DNA of 64,000 nucleotides from Rhodospirillales bacterium (GCA_965228915.1 OZ245847.1:873173-937172), one strand, 5' to 3'; positions 1 to 9,300 are shown, counted from the first letter of the stretch. Program-made: numbers and translations. The notes: generated by a model from the sequence alone, not told the origin.

Positions 1-333
1 CCGCAGGAGAACGTCGAAACGGTCTGCATCGGCCCCGACGACGACATGGAACAGCGGCGTACCGAGATCGTGACCAAGGCCAACGACGTCGACGACGGCG
101 ACGGCGTCATCGTGTTGACCGACATGTTCGGCGGCACGCCGTCCAATCTCGCGATCTCGATCATGGACCAGGGCAACATCGAGGTCATCGCCGGGGTCAA
201 CCTGCCGATGCTGATCAAGCTCGGCTCGATCCGGGACGAAGGCGCGCTCGCCGACGCCGCCAAGGAAGCCCAGGACGCCGGGCGCAAGTACATCAACATC
301 GCCTCGCAACTGCTCGCCCAGGGCGGAGCCTGA
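1..333 (+). CDS. manX: PTS EIIA component, mannose/fructose family (5' end outside the window)
   Basis: Frame is open from base 1 (PQENVETVCIGPDDDMEQRR). Family motif VLTDMFGGTPSNLAIS is present. It directly precedes HPr and EI, as in the alphaproteobacterial PTS cluster. Confidence 0.9.
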   Translation, partial: PQENVETVCIGPDDDMEQRRTEIVTKANDVDDGDGVIVLTDMFGGTPSNLAISIMDQGNIEVIAGVNLPMLIKLGSIRDEGALADAAKEAQDAGRKYINIASQLLAQGGA

Positions 334-340
334 GTTATCG

Positions 341-634
341 ATGTCGGACGGCCGTCTTGAAAGAACATTCACGATTCTGAACAAGCGCGGCCTGCACGCC
401 CGGGCCGCCGCCAAGTTCGCGGCCACCTCCAACGCGTTCGAATGCGATATCGAGGTCGAGCGCAACGGCCAGAGCGTCGCCGGAAGGTCGATCATGGGCC
501 TGATGATGCTGGCCGCCAGCACCGGCACGGAAATCACGGTCCGCGCCGAAGGCGCCGACGCCGAAGCCGCCCTCGACGCGATCGCGGCACTGATAGTGGA
601 CAAGTTCGAAGAAGACCGGCCCGATGACGCCTAA
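341..634 (+). CDS. ptsH: Phosphocarrier protein HPr
   Basis: GLHARAAAKF (phospho-His15 motif) and RSIMGLMML (regulatory Ser46 motif); 97 aa. Confidence 0.95.
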   Translation: MSDGRLERTFTILNKRGLHARAAAKFAATSNAFECDIEVERNGQSVAGRSIMGLMMLAASTGTEITVRAEGADAEAALDAIAALIVDKFEEDRPDDA

Positions 635-2411
635 AGCCGAAAAACGCCCGAGCGCGAAGAAGCCGAAAGAACGGGTGTACAATGGCCTCGGCGCGGCGCA
701 GGGAATCGCCGTCGGCCAGGCGTTCGTGCGCTTCGGCGACCGTATCGAGGTGCAGACCTATACGATCGCCAAGACCAAGGTCGCGGCCGAGGTCAAACGC
801 CTGGACGGCGCCGTCAAGGTCGCGCGCCGGCAGATCAGAAGCCTGCAGGAACGGGCCCGCAGCATGCCTGGCGCGGCGGGCGAGGAACTGGTCTACCTGT
901 TCGACGCGTATCTCGCGATGCTGGACGACTCGCGCCTCGTGCGCGGCGCGCGGGAAAGCATCGAAAACAACCGCATCAACGCCGAAGCCGCCGTCGAACG
1001 CGAATTCACAACACTCGCCAAACGCTTCGAGGCGATGGAGGACGCCTACATCGCGGCCAGGCTGGATGACATCCGCGAGGTCGCGAAACGGCTGATCGGC
1101 ATCCTCGTCCGCGCGCCTGGCAAGGCGCCGCCCAAACCGCCCAAGGGCGGCATCGTCGTCGCCGAGCAGTTATCCCCCGCCGACATGGCGCAGATCGACC
1201 CGGAAAACGTCGCCGCCGTCGCCGCCGCGCTTGGTGGCACCGAGGGCCACACCGCGATCATGGCCCGCGCGCTCGGCCTGCCTGCCGTGCTGGGCGCCGC
1301 CGATCTGCTCGACGGGATCAACCAGGGCGATACCGTGATCGTCGACGGTTACGCCGGCAAGATCGTCGTCAACCCGACCGCGGACACGATCAAGAAGTAC
1401 GAAAAGCGCCAGGCCGAGAAGCGCCGTAGCGCGCGCGCCCTCGACCGGCTCAGAAATCAGCCCGCCGTGTCGCGCGACGGCACCGAAATCCAGTTGATGG
1501 CCAACGTCGAGCTCCCCGTCGAGATGGAAGCGGTGCAGGGATCGGGGGCGCAGGGCGTCGGGCTGTTGCGGTCCGAGTTCATGTTCATGAACCGCGACGA
1601 CATCCCGAGCGAGGAAGAACAGACCACGATCCTGGAGCAGATCGTCGGGCCGATGAAATCGCTGCCGGTGACGATCCGCACCCTCGACATCGGCGGCGAG
1701 AAACCCGCCCCCGCGCTGCTGTCGGACATTGACGAGGCGGCGGCGTCCGCGCTCGGGCTGCGGGGGATTCGCCTGTCGCTCGCCAACCCGGACACGCTGC
1801 GCACACAGTTCCGCGCGATTCTAAGGGTCGCGCCCAAGCGCAACGTCCGCATCCTGTTGCCGATGGTGACCACGCCGGGGGAAGTGAAGCGCGCCAAGGC
1901 ATTGCTTCTCGAAGCGGCGGAGAAACTCAAAGCCGAGGGCCGCAAGCTGCCGGACCCGTTACCCCCCGTCGGCGTGATGATCGAGGTGCCGGGCGCAGCG
2001 CTGGCGGCCGACTCGCTCGCGCGCGCCAGCGATTTCTTCGCCATCGGCTCCAACGATCTGACGATGTATACCCTCGCCGTCGACCGCGCCAACGAGCACG
2101 TGGCGCACCTGTTCAACACCCTGCATCCGGCGGTCCTGAGACTGATCCAGTTCACCACGCAGGCGGCGCTCCGCGCCCGCATCCCGATCTCGATCTGCGG
2201 CGAGATCGCCGGCGATCCCCGCTATACCGCGTTATTGGTGGGATTGGGCCTCAACGACCTGTCGATGACGGCAGGTAACATCCCGCTGGTGAAAAAGCGC
2301 ATCCGCGACATGGACGCGCTGGCCGCGTCGCAGCGCGCGCTGCAGATCATGGAACAATCGGATTCAGGCCGCATCGCCATGATGATCGACGATTTCAACG
2401 CGTTGGCGTAA
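624..2411 (+). CDS. ptsI: PEP-protein phosphotransferase, enzyme I (no N-terminal GAF domain)
   Basis: EGHTAIMARAL phospho-His, GVGLLRSEFMF, IRTLDIGGEK, LGLRGIRL, FFAIGSNDLTMY and SICGEIAGD motifs; overlaps the HPr stop. Confidence 0.95.
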   Translation: MTPKAEKRPSAKKPKERVYNGLGAAQGIAVGQAFVRFGDRIEVQTYTIAKTKVAAEVKRLDGAVKVARRQIRSLQERARSMPGAAGEELVYLFDAYLAMLDDSRLVRGARESIENNRINAEAAVEREFTTLAKRFEAMEDAYIAARLDDIREVAKRLIGILVRAPGKAPPKPPKGGIVVAEQLSPADMAQIDPENVAAVAAALGGTEGHTAIMARALGLPAVLGAADLLDGINQGDTVIVDGYAGKIVVNPTADTIKKYEKRQAEKRRSARALDRLRNQPAVSRDGTEIQLMANVELPVEMEAVQGSGAQGVGLLRSEFMFMNRDDIPSEEEQTTILEQIVGPMKSLPVTIRTLDIGGEKPAPALLSDIDEAAASALGLRGIRLSLANPDTLRTQFRAILRVAPKRNVRILLPMVTTPGEVKRAKALLLEAAEKLKAEGRKLPDPLPPVGVMIEVPGAALAADSLARASDFFAIGSNDLTMYTLAVDRANEHVAHLFNTLHPAVLRLIQFTTQAALRARIPISICGEIAGDPRYTALLVGLGLNDLSMTAGNIPLVKKRIRDMDALAASQRALQIMEQSDSGRIAMMIDDFNALA

Positions 2412-2496
2412 CGGTCTCGGGCTGAACCCAAAAAATTCCCGCTGCCCCTTCCATATCCGTCTCCGTGAGTGAAACAATGATCGAACGGGGATCGTC

Positions 2497-3900
2497 ATGA
2501 ATATCGTGAAGCAGCTTTCACAGACACGGATACCGCTGGTCTACGTCGCCGGAATCAAGGGCGATGCGGACGGCGCGATACAAGAACATCTCACGGACGT
2601 GCTGGCGTCGGTCGAGCCGGGCGCGGTGGCGGCGCCGGATGCGCTTTTACTGGATAACGCGGATTTCGGCCGTTTCGACCGCGAAGCCCTCAACCAGTTC
2701 CTGGTCGACACCGGCGCCGACGCCGTGGTTTGGGGATATGCGGGGGACGGCGTGTTGGACATCCACACCGCCGTCGCGCCCTATCCCAAGGTCGCCCATG
2801 AAAACCGGCTCGCGGCGCGATTCACGGCGCAGGTGCCGCTGCCGTTCGACGACCGCGACATCGCCGTGCCGCTCGCCCACGCGATTGCCGCGGCGCTGGT
2901 CGAGATCGCCCGCAACCGTCCCGCGCCGCAGGACCTGATCGTACGGATGATCGCCGCACTGGAGTTGTCGGGCGATACGGCGCCGGACACGGACCGGAAC
3001 CTCAATGTTCTGGAGACCCTGTCCCGGCTTTATGCGCTCGGCCGCGCCGACGACGACGATATCGGCGCGCTCAGGCGCGCCGTTTGCCTCAACACCCGGC
3101 TCTGCACCCGGATCGGGCAGGCGGATCCGGTCCGACTCGCCCGCGTGCTGCGGGTGCGCGCGGCGATGTTGATCCGTCTCGGCTACCGGACACGCAGCGT
3201 CGAACCGGTCCTGGATGCGGTCGACACCCTGTCGAGCGCGGCGCGTCTCGGCACCGAGGACCGGGACCGCGCCCGTCTCGACCTGTTGCTCGCCGACTGC
3301 AAGGAAGCCCTCGGCGAGATCAGGCACGACAGCCGCCTGCTCGAGGATGCGCGCCTGCTGCTGAATTCGGCCGTACCGTATCTCTATCAGAACCTTTTCA
3401 TCGAGGACTGGGCGCGGGCGCAATCCCGCCTTGCGCGGGTCAATTGGCGGCTGGCGCAGCACGCCGGCGACGCGGAAGCCGGGAAAACCTACGCGAACGA
3501 CGCCATCGACGCCGTCTGCGATGCGCTGTCGTTCTATAATCCGCGGAATTTCCCCTTCGCCTGGGCGCGCGTCGCCAAGCTCAAGGGCGAGATTTCAAGC
3601 GGACTGGGGTCGCTTCCGGGCCGCATCGAAACCCTGAACGACGGGATTAGGCAATTCCGCGAAGTGCTTTCCGTCTACACCCGCGAACACGCACCCCTGG
3701 AATTCGCGACCACGTCGGCGGATCTGGCGGAATCGCTTTGCACGCTCGCAGCGCAGACGAACGACTCGTCACATCTCGAATCCGCGGAATCCTGCCTTGC
3801 CGCCGCGCTCGAGGTCTACCGCACCAAGGCCGACCCCGAGGCCGACCGGGTCGCCGCCCGCCTTGCCGACGTCAGGGAGCGCATTTCCGCTTCGGTTTAG
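2497..3900 (+). CDS. Hypothetical protein with degenerate C-terminal TPR-like repeats
   Basis: 467-aa ORF. Helical repeats FIEDWARAQSRLA, NFPFAWARVAKLKG and YTREHAPLEFATTSADLA resemble the TRExxPxxWAxTQxNLG-type TPR. N-terminal domain not recognised. Confidence 0.7.
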   Translation: MNIVKQLSQTRIPLVYVAGIKGDADGAIQEHLTDVLASVEPGAVAAPDALLLDNADFGRFDREALNQFLVDTGADAVVWGYAGDGVLDIHTAVAPYPKVAHENRLAARFTAQVPLPFDDRDIAVPLAHAIAAALVEIARNRPAPQDLIVRMIAALELSGDTAPDTDRNLNVLETLSRLYALGRADDDDIGALRRAVCLNTRLCTRIGQADPVRLARVLRVRAAMLIRLGYRTRSVEPVLDAVDTLSSAARLGTEDRDRARLDLLLADCKEALGEIRHDSRLLEDARLLLNSAVPYLYQNLFIEDWARAQSRLARVNWRLAQHAGDAEAGKTYANDAIDAVCDALSFYNPRNFPFAWARVAKLKGEISSGLGSLPGRIETLNDGIRQFREVLSVYTREHAPLEFATTSADLAESLCTLAAQTNDSSHLESAESCLAAALEVYRTKADPEADRVAARLADVRERISASV

Positions 3901-3958
3901 TCCGCTTTTCCTCTTGCCCCGCCCGTGCCGGCCTGTTAGAAACCGCGTCAACACCAAG

Positions 3959-3978
3959 ATATAAAGAAATCTTTATGT
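3959..3978. promoter_or_regulatory. Palindromic operator upstream of ahcY, candidate SahR site
   Basis: ATATAAAG-AAAT-CTTTATGT with perfect core ATAAAG-N4-CTTTAT. It is AT-rich in a GC-rich background, about 50 bp upstream of the ahcY start, and resembles the SahR operator as I recall it. Confidence 0.65.
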
Positions 3979-4029
3979 CTTTAAGTGATCGTTTTTCAAT
4001 GACAGATGCCAGCGATGGAGCGGAAAGAA

Positions 4030-5436
4030 ATGAACGCAGTTACGGACTACAAGGTCGCCGACATGAGCCTCGCCAAATGGGGCCGCAAGGAACTGGATAT
4101 CGCCGAGAGCGAAATGCCCGGCCTGATGGCGACACGCGAGGAATACGGCAAATCGCAGCCCCTGAAGGGCGCGAAGATCGCGGGTTCCCTGCACATGACG
4201 ATCCAGACCGGCGTCCTCATCGAAACCCTGCAGGCACTGGGCGCGGAAGTGCGCTGGGCCAGCTGCAACATCTATTCGACCCAGGATCACGCGGCCGCCG
4301 CGATCGCCGAAAAGGGCACGCCGGTGTTCGCGATCAAGGGCGAAACCCTCGAAGATTACTGGCAGTACACGCACGAGATATTCAATTGGGAAGGGAATAC
4401 CGGCCCCAACATGATCCTCGACGACGGCGGTGACGCGACGCTGCTGATGCATCTCGGGAAGGAAGCCGAGAAAGACCTCTCCGTCCTCGACAATCCGGAC
4501 AGCGAAGAAGCCGAAGTCCTGTTTGCCGCGATCAAGGCGAAGCTCAAGGAAGACCCGACGTGGTACTCCGATCATTCCAAGAACATCATGGGCGTCACCG
4601 AGGAAACGACGACGGGTGTGCACCGCCTTTACGAAATGGCCAAGAAGGGCACGCTGATGTTCCCGGCCATCAACGTCAACGACTCGGTCACCAAGTCCAA
4701 GTTCGACAACAAGTACGGCTGCCGCGAAAGCCTGGTCGACGCCATCCGCCGCGCTACCGACGTGATGATGGCCGGCAAGGTCGCCTGCGTCGCGGGCTAC
4801 GGCGACGTCGGCAAGGGCTCGGCGGAAAGCCTGCGTCAGGCCGGCTGCCGCGTCATGGTCACCGAAGCCGATCCGATCTGCGCACTGCAGGCGGCGATGG
4901 AAGGCTATGAAGTTGTGACCATGGAAGAAGCGTGCAAACGCGCCGACATCTTCTGCACCGCGACCGGCAACGTCGACGTGATTACGGTCGAGCACATGCG
5001 CAACATGAAAGACCGCGCCATCGTCTGCAACATCGGTCACTTCGACAGCGAAATCCAGGTCGCCGGCCTCAAGAACATGAAGTGGGAAGAGATCAAGCCG
5101 CAGGTCGACGAAATCGAGATGCCGAGCGGCAACCGCATCATCCTTTTGGCGCAGGGCCGCCTGGTAAATCTCGGTTGCGCCACCGGCCACCCGAGCTTCG
5201 TGATGTCGGCGAGCTTCACCAACCAGGTGCTGGCGCAGATCGAGCTTTATGCCAACAACAAGGACGGCCACTACAAGAACGACGTCTACGTGCTGCCGAA
5301 GCACCTGGACGAGAAGGTCGCCGCGCTTCACCTCGAAAAACTCGGTGTGTCGCTGACCACGCTCTCGCAGAAGCAGGCCGACTATATCGGCGTCGACGTC
5401 AACGGCCCGCACAAGCCGGACACCTACCGCTATTAA
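4030..5436 (+). CDS. ahcY: S-adenosyl-L-homocysteine hydrolase
   Basis: [47 protein letters not shown] and GHPSFVMS motifs. Start placed at ATG 4030 (GGAG 9 nt upstream) rather than 4006. Confidence 0.98.
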   Translation: MNAVTDYKVADMSLAKWGRKELDIAESEMPGLMATREEYGKSQPLKGAKIAGSLHMTIQTGVLIETLQALGAEVRWASCNIYSTQDHAAAAIAEKGTPVFAIKGETLEDYWQYTHEIFNWEGNTGPNMILDDGGDATLLMHLGKEAEKDLSVLDNPDSEEAEVLFAAIKAKLKEDPTWYSDHSKNIMGVTEETTTGVHRLYEMAKKGTLMFPAINVNDSVTKSKFDNKYGCRESLVDAIRRATDVMMAGKVACVAGYGDVGKGSAESLRQAGCRVMVTEADPICALQAAMEGYEVVTMEEACKRADIFCTATGNVDVITVEHMRNMKDRAIVCNIGHFDSEIQVAGLKNMKWEEIKPQVDEIEMPSGNRIILLAQGRLVNLGCATGHPSFVMSASFTNQVLAQIELYANNKDGHYKNDVYVLPKHLDEKVAALHLEKLGVSLTTLSQKQADYIGVDVNGPHKPDTYRY

Positions 5437-5446
5437 ACGGGGATAG

Positions 5447-5554
5447 CCCCTCACCTGTCCTCTCCCCGGCTTGCGCGCGGGAGAAGGACTCTCGGACGGT
5501 TGCACGGCCCTGCTCATCCCTCTCCCCCTTCAGGGGGAGAGGTTAGGTGAGGGG
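5447..5554. repeat. REP/REPIN-like palindromic element (CCCCTCACC family)
   Basis: Terminal inverted repeat CCCCTCACCT...AGGTGAGGGG enclosing two CCTCTCCC...GGGAGA(A)GG hairpins. A half-copy occurs at 51239-51286. Confidence 0.75.
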
Positions 5555-5599
5555 GTCGTTTCCGTTTCCGGTTCTAATCAAATCGGCTACAACGCATTC

Positions 5600-6316
5600 A
5601 TGGACACCCACCGACGCATGTGGATCATCGCCGGCCCGCCCGGGGCCGGCAAAAGCACGCTCGCCCAGCGTCTGTTTCCGCGCGACATCGGCACCACGCG
5701 CCACATCGACGCCGACGACACCCGCGGCTTCGACGCCGCCGACGACCTCCCCGAAGCGGTGATGAAGCGCATCGTCCCGGTTTCGAAACGCCTCGAGATC
5801 GCCGAGACCGGCGGGCGCAGCTTCGTCGTCGAAACCCGGCTGATGAGCCGGAAGCCGCTCTCCGCCGCAATCCGCTTACGCCGCCGTGGTTGGGGGGTCA
5901 GCCTGATCTATCTGGCGCTCCCCAAGATCCAGCTTTGCCGGGACCGCGTCCGTGCCCGCGTCCTCAAGGGCGGCGACGACGTCTCGGATGAATTGATGGA
6001 GAAGTCGTTCCGCGCCTCTCTCGACAACCTGCCGCATTACATCGACGCCAGCGAAAAGTGGGTGGTGATCGACAGTTCCGGTGCGCGCAAACCGCTGATC
6101 GCGCACGGCAGCTATGCCGGCGCCGTCACGTCGCAGGCCGACGCTTTAAAGGCGCTATCGCCCGACTACCCCTTCATCCCCGCCGCCAGAAGCGTGATAA
6201 ACGACACCTGGTTCACGCCCGTGGTCGCGGAATTCTCCAGCGTCCAGCGCTGGCAGATGACCCTCGACCGGCTGATGCGGATCGCCGACAACATCGAGGG
6301 ATTGTCCACCGGATGA
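5600..6316 (+). CDS. P-loop protein, zeta-toxin/COG4185-like (AAA family), degenerate
   Basis: IIAGPPGAGKST Walker A, GRSFVVET, SLIYLALP and RVRARVLKGGDDV match the layout of predicted ABC-type ATPases. Start placed at ATG 5600 because the upstream extension is the REP element. Confidence 0.7.
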   Translation: MDTHRRMWIIAGPPGAGKSTLAQRLFPRDIGTTRHIDADDTRGFDAADDLPEAVMKRIVPVSKRLEIAETGGRSFVVETRLMSRKPLSAAIRLRRRGWGVSLIYLALPKIQLCRDRVRARVLKGGDDVSDELMEKSFRASLDNLPHYIDASEKWVVIDSSGARKPLIAHGSYAGAVTSQADALKALSPDYPFIPAARSVINDTWFTPVVAEFSSVQRWQMTLDRLMRIADNIEGLSTG

Positions 6317-6375
6317 CCCCGCATATGGCGCACGGCGTTCTTGGCCCCGGCCATGAAGGCGCGTAGACTTCCCCC

Positions 6376-8748
6376 GTGTTTGAAACCGCATCCAATGCCC
6401 TGCCGCTCATGCTCGGCGCCGTCGTCGGCGCCCTGATCGTGCTGCCGTTCGCGCTGGTCTATCGCGCCCGCGCCCGGGACGCATCCGCCGAACGCCGCCG
6501 CGTCGACGCCATCGCGACCCGGGCGCGCGGTATTCTCGCCGCCGCACCGGACGGCATCTTTTTATGGGATCACGCCACCGGCGGCATCAGCTGTTCGCGG
6601 CGCCTCGCCGAGATGCTCGAGATCGAGAGCGGCACCCTCGCCCGTTACGACGACATCCGCGCCTGCTTCGAGGAAGACGAGCTTCAGAAACTGGAGCAGG
6701 GCGTCAGCCTGCTGCGCGCCAAGGGCACGCCCTTTGACGTGACGCTTAAGCGCGGCAATCAGTATTTCCAGGCGCTGGGTTCGCGCGCCACCGGCGCCGG
6801 CGGCGAGGCGGTCGCCGATATCGTCTGGATGCGCCGTATCCAGCCCGCCGCGGAAAGCCCGGCCGCCGGACGAAACGAATCCGGTCTCGAGGACCGGCAC
6901 CTGACGGCGCTGCTCGACACCCTGCCGATCCCGCTCTGGCTCAGGGACTCGGATCTCAAGCTCGCATTCAGGAACCGCGCGGCGGAGCGCATCGGCGATC
7001 TTTCGGAGGACACCGGCCGCCGCGCCCAAGGGGACGGCAAGACCGTCTCCGACACGTCGGAGATCACCGAGAACGAAACGACACGCCGCGTCAGGATCAC
7101 CGAAACCCCGCTTGCCCCCGCCATGGGCGAGCGGAGCGGCACCATCGGCTTCGCCGTCGATGCCCCGGAGACGGCAACGTCGGTTGATACCGTCACCGCG
7201 CCGGTCGGCCCCAGCCCCCGCGAGTTGCTGAGACCCCTGGAATCGGGTGTCGCGGTGTTCGACGGCGACACCAACCTCGTCGCGGCGAACGCCGCGTTTG
7301 CCGCGCTGTGGCGGCTTGACCCGGATTGGCTGGAGACGCACCCGTCGATGAGCGATCTCCTGATGCGCCTCAGGGAGCTCCGCCGCCTCCCCGAAGTCGC
7401 CAACTTCGCCGATTTCAGGAACGAGGAACTGAGCCGCTTCAAAACCCTCAAGGGGGTCAGCGGCGACGAACTGCACCTGCCCGACGGCCGCACCATGAAG
7501 CGCCGCTTCGCGCCCCTCGACGACGGCGGCCTGGTGATCGCGTGCGACGACGTCTCGGACCGCCTCGACATGCAGCGCTCGCTCAAATCCGCAGGCCGGG
7601 TCCACAGCACGACCCTCGAGAACATGCGCGAAGGGATCGCGGTGTTCGGCGCCGACGGCCGCCTGCAACTCACCAATCCGCAATTGGCCAAGCTCTGGGA
7701 CCTCGACGACACCGCGTTCGAGCCCGGCGCGAGATTACCCGACGTGATCCAGTCGATCGGCATGAAGATGGCCGCCAACGACGAGAAATGGTCCGAGCGC
7801 CGTGAGAGGATCGCGTCCGAAATCCTCGGCCGCACGCTGAACAGCGGCCGCGTCGACCTGATCAACGGGCGTGTCCTCGCGTTCGCCAACGTGCCGCTGC
7901 CCGACGGCGCGTCGCTGGTCAGCTACGGCGACATCACCGACAGCTTCCGTGTCGAGGAAGCGTTGCGCCAGCGCGCCCGCACCCTCGCCGAGGCCGACCG
8001 CATGAAGACCGAATTCATCGCCAACGTGGCGATGGAGGTGCGCACGCCGTTAAACACCATTCACGGGTTCGCCGATATCCTGCGTCAGGAAATGTTCGGC
8101 GAGTTGAACAAGCGGCAGCTCGAATACACGAACGGCATCGTGGAGACGTCCGAAAAGATGATGGACGTGGTGACCGATATCCTCGACCTCGCCACCATTG
8201 AGGCCGGGCGCATGGAATTGAACAAGGATACGGTCGATCCGCATGCGATCCTGGTCGATGCGTTCAACGTCGTGAAGGAGCAGGCGAAGAAAAAGAACAT
8301 CAAGATCGACTTCGACTGCCCGCCCGACATCGGCTGGATCTCCGCCGACGCCAAGCGCCTGACGCAGGTCGTGTTCAATCTGCTGACCAACGCCATCACC
8401 TTCACCCCCAAACTCGGCCACGTCACTCTCGCCGCCCGGCGCGACGGCGACATGGTGGAGATCTCGGTTTCCGACAGCGGGCCCGGCATTCCCAAGGAAG
8501 AGCGCGACCGCGTCATGCAGCCGTTCCAACGGATCAAGAGCGACGATCACCAGGGCGGCGGACCGGGCCTCGGCCTCACCATCGTCAAACGGTTCGTCGA
8601 ACTGCACGGCGGCGCCATCGAGATCCGCTCCAACAAATCGCGCGGCGCGACGGTAGTCTGCCGCATCCCGGCCGGCGACGGCGAAACCGAGGGGGTTGCG
8701 CCCAGCGAGGCTGGTCGTGCTATCGTAGACGAACATGCGGCCGAATAG
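6376..8748 (+). CDS. divL: Membrane-anchored multi-PAS sensor histidine-kinase-like protein, DivL-like; H-box His replaced by Met
   Basis: N-terminal TM, several PAS-like segments, H-box FIANVAMEVRTPLN, N box FNLLTNAITF, G1 SDSGPGI, G2 GPGLGLTIV. It sits in the ahcY..tsaE position typical of divL. Confidence 0.75.
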   Translation: MFETASNALPLMLGAVVGALIVLPFALVYRARARDASAERRRVDAIATRARGILAAAPDGIFLWDHATGGISCSRRLAEMLEIESGTLARYDDIRACFEEDELQKLEQGVSLLRAKGTPFDVTLKRGNQYFQALGSRATGAGGEAVADIVWMRRIQPAAESPAAGRNESGLEDRHLTALLDTLPIPLWLRDSDLKLAFRNRAAERIGDLSEDTGRRAQGDGKTVSDTSEITENETTRRVRITETPLAPAMGERSGTIGFAVDAPETATSVDTVTAPVGPSPRELLRPLESGVAVFDGDTNLVAANAAFAALWRLDPDWLETHPSMSDLLMRLRELRRLPEVANFADFRNEELSRFKTLKGVSGDELHLPDGRTMKRRFAPLDDGGLVIACDDVSDRLDMQRSLKSAGRVHSTTLENMREGIAVFGADGRLQLTNPQLAKLWDLDDTAFEPGARLPDVIQSIGMKMAANDEKWSERRERIASEILGRTLNSGRVDLINGRVLAFANVPLPDGASLVSYGDITDSFRVEEALRQRARTLAEADRMKTEFIANVAMEVRTPLNTIHGFADILRQEMFGELNKRQLEYTNGIVETSEKMMDVVTDILDLATIEAGRMELNKDTVDPHAILVDAFNVVKEQAKKKNIKIDFDCPPDIGWISADAKRLTQVVFNLLTNAITFTPKLGHVTLAARRDGDMVEISVSDSGPGIPKEERDRVMQPFQRIKSDDHQGGGPGLGLTIVKRFVELHGGAIEIRSNKSRGATVVCRIPAGDGETEGVAPSEAGRAIVDEHAAE

Positions 8749-8763
8749 GGCCGCGAGCGGAGA

Positions 8764-9300
8764 ATGCACTTGGACCTTCAAACGCTTTGCATCGTCGTGA
8801 TTTTGGCGGGCGTGATCACTATGCTGGCGCGCGCCATGCTGAACGCCGGCAAGACGCGCGCGCGGATGAAACGCCGCACCGTCTCGAAGCCGCCGCCCGG
8901 CGCCTTTGCGCTCGACGATGCGCTGGACAAGCTCAACGAGACGATCCGCATCCTGCAGCGCGATCTCGGCGATCAGGCGCCCGGCCGCCATGACCCGGCG
9001 GGCCTGCGCTTCTACATCGCCTATCTGGTCGGCATCGCCCGCGAAATCGCCAGGATGAACAAGATCGCCTACGGCCCGGCCCTGGAAACCCCGATCCGCA
9101 TGGAAATGATCCGTCACAACATTTCGAGCACCGGCGGCAGCGACGCCCTCGCCCGCATTCTCGGCAGCGACGAAGGCCAGCAGGGCCTGATCGCCGGCGA
9201 AATGGACGGCGCGGACGCCTGCGACCCGGGCTACGACGGCCCCTACTTCGGGCGCATCCTGTCCTATTTCACCGACGCCCAGGTCCGCGGCCCGCGCTAG
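8764..9300 (+). CDS. Hypothetical protein with N-terminal transmembrane helix
   Basis: 178-aa ORF 15 bp after the divL-like stop, with GC-biased codons and a hydrophobic N-terminus (LCIVVILAGVITML). Confidence 0.6.
   Translation: MHLDLQTLCIVVILAGVITMLARAMLNAGKTRARMKRRTVSKPPPGAFALDDALDKLNETIRILQRDLGDQAPGRHDPAGLRFYIAYLVGIAREIARMNKIAYGPALETPIRMEMIRHNISSTGGSDALARILGSDEGQQGLIAGEMDGADACDPGYDGPYFGRILSYFTDAQVRGPR

Noticed and set aside
3901-4029. SAH or SAM/SAH riboswitch upstream of ahcY
   Set aside because: No recognisable aptamer core in this short AT-rich leader; an operator palindrome explains the region better.
5471-5599. N-terminal extension of the P-loop ORF (and similar extensions at 13627, 34882, 37508, 42356 and 56078)
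   Set aside because: These extensions run through repeats or neighbouring genes. Family-typical starts with RBS or ATGA coupling lie downstream.
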